Assembly: GCA_013416795.1 (NCBI GenBank)
Contig: RQSC01000125.1
Coordinates: 17,571-81,570, forward strand
Direction of reading: 5' to 3'
From: Prasinococcaceae sp. CCMP 1430
Taxonomy: Eukaryota > Plantae > Prasinodermophyta
DNA length: 64,000 nucleotides
Below, in pieces: positions 63,368-64,000 of the stretch; the stretch's first letter is position 1; each line of letters begins with the position of its first letter. The notes under the pieces were generated by a model. It saw only the letters and a list, made by a program, of their open reading frames with translations. It did no database searches and was not told the origin of the DNA. A program made the translations under genes and the position numbers.

Positions 63368-64000
63368 CGCAAGGTTGTCCACGTGACTTGAGCACGAGAC
63401 GCGAGCCGCGCGATGCTGGGCGACTTGGTGCGCTCGCGGCTGCTTGCGGCAAGTGGATGATCTTATCTTAGTACAGCAGAGGGCGGGCACACGGCCCCGG
63501 CGACGCCTCGCAGCCCGGACGGGCCGCGCGCGCTGCCGGTGGTGCGCGCGCGCTGCGCTTAGAAGATGCCGTAGGTGTTGGACTGCGTGGCGAGCGTCGC
63601 GATGCCCAGCACGTGGCCCTGCGTGGCGCACGGGCGCGCGAGCGTTCGTGCGCGCGGCGGAGCGCGTGTCAGCCTTTCAAGGCGCCCTTCGACCTCCGGT
63701 GCACGCACGCGGGCACCGCCAGGCGGCCGGTGTCCGGCTCCTGGGGGCGCATTGCGCGCGCGCCCGCGTGCATCGCCCGCCGGCGAGATCTCGCAGCCTT
63801 CTTTTCTGCGGAGCTTCAGTGGGGGCTAGAGATGGCCCCCTCGGCCACAGCTTATGGCACTGCTGGGCACGCTCCTCGGCGCGAGGAGCGCCGAGCGCAC
63901 GCCGCGTCGAGCGCGACGCGGCGGGGAGGAGGACAGCCACCCGCGCGCGTCTGGCGGCGCGGCGCGGCTCACAACGGCCGCGGCGCTGCGCAGCCAGCCG

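Noticed and set aside
63557-63640. Terminal exon GHVLGIATLATQSNTYGIF* on the minus strand
   Set aside because: It looks coding, but it is too short to assign, and the upstream exons are unclear or outside the window.

Overview
This is nuclear DNA from a very GC-rich, gene-dense green alga. The basis is the LHC, starch branching enzyme, plant-type MTN, RibF, HPt and CDK-like genes, plus spliceosomal introns packed with (CA)n/(GT)n/(GC)n tracts. An early-diverging lineage such as Prasinodermophyta would fit, but that is inference only. About 30 genes or gene fragments are visible, mostly housekeeping: SBE, RibF, Pol theta, MTN, a SET/LSMT protein, UCH37, homoserine kinase, LHC, YIF1, TAF13, a CDK-like kinase, ALDH6, PEX2, HPt, ATAT1, ALG5 and a NOT3-like gene. 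The assembly is gappy, with five long N runs between about 20.2 and 53.0 kb and eight single-n joins, several of which fuse unrelated gene fragments, so adjacency across an n is unreliable. The most unusual items are: (1) a ~350 bp alphaproteobacterial-type mltA/smr operon fragment inside the alpha-tubulin acetyltransferase locus, fused in frame; (2) a beta-barrel protein whose C-terminus resembles cyanobacterial OprB/SomA-type porins; (3) an alpha/beta esterase fused to a starch-binding CBM53-like module upstream of the branching enzyme; (4) a ~630 bp mitochondrial-type LSU rRNA fragment between two copies of a 513 bp duplicated coding segment; (5) two apparent pseudo-enzymes, one GS-like and one thioesterase-like with an in-frame TAA; (6) introns built from purine-pyrimidine repeats that may fold back; and (7) small tandem or inverted-repeat elements. 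All family assignments are by eye from recalled motifs. No database search was run.
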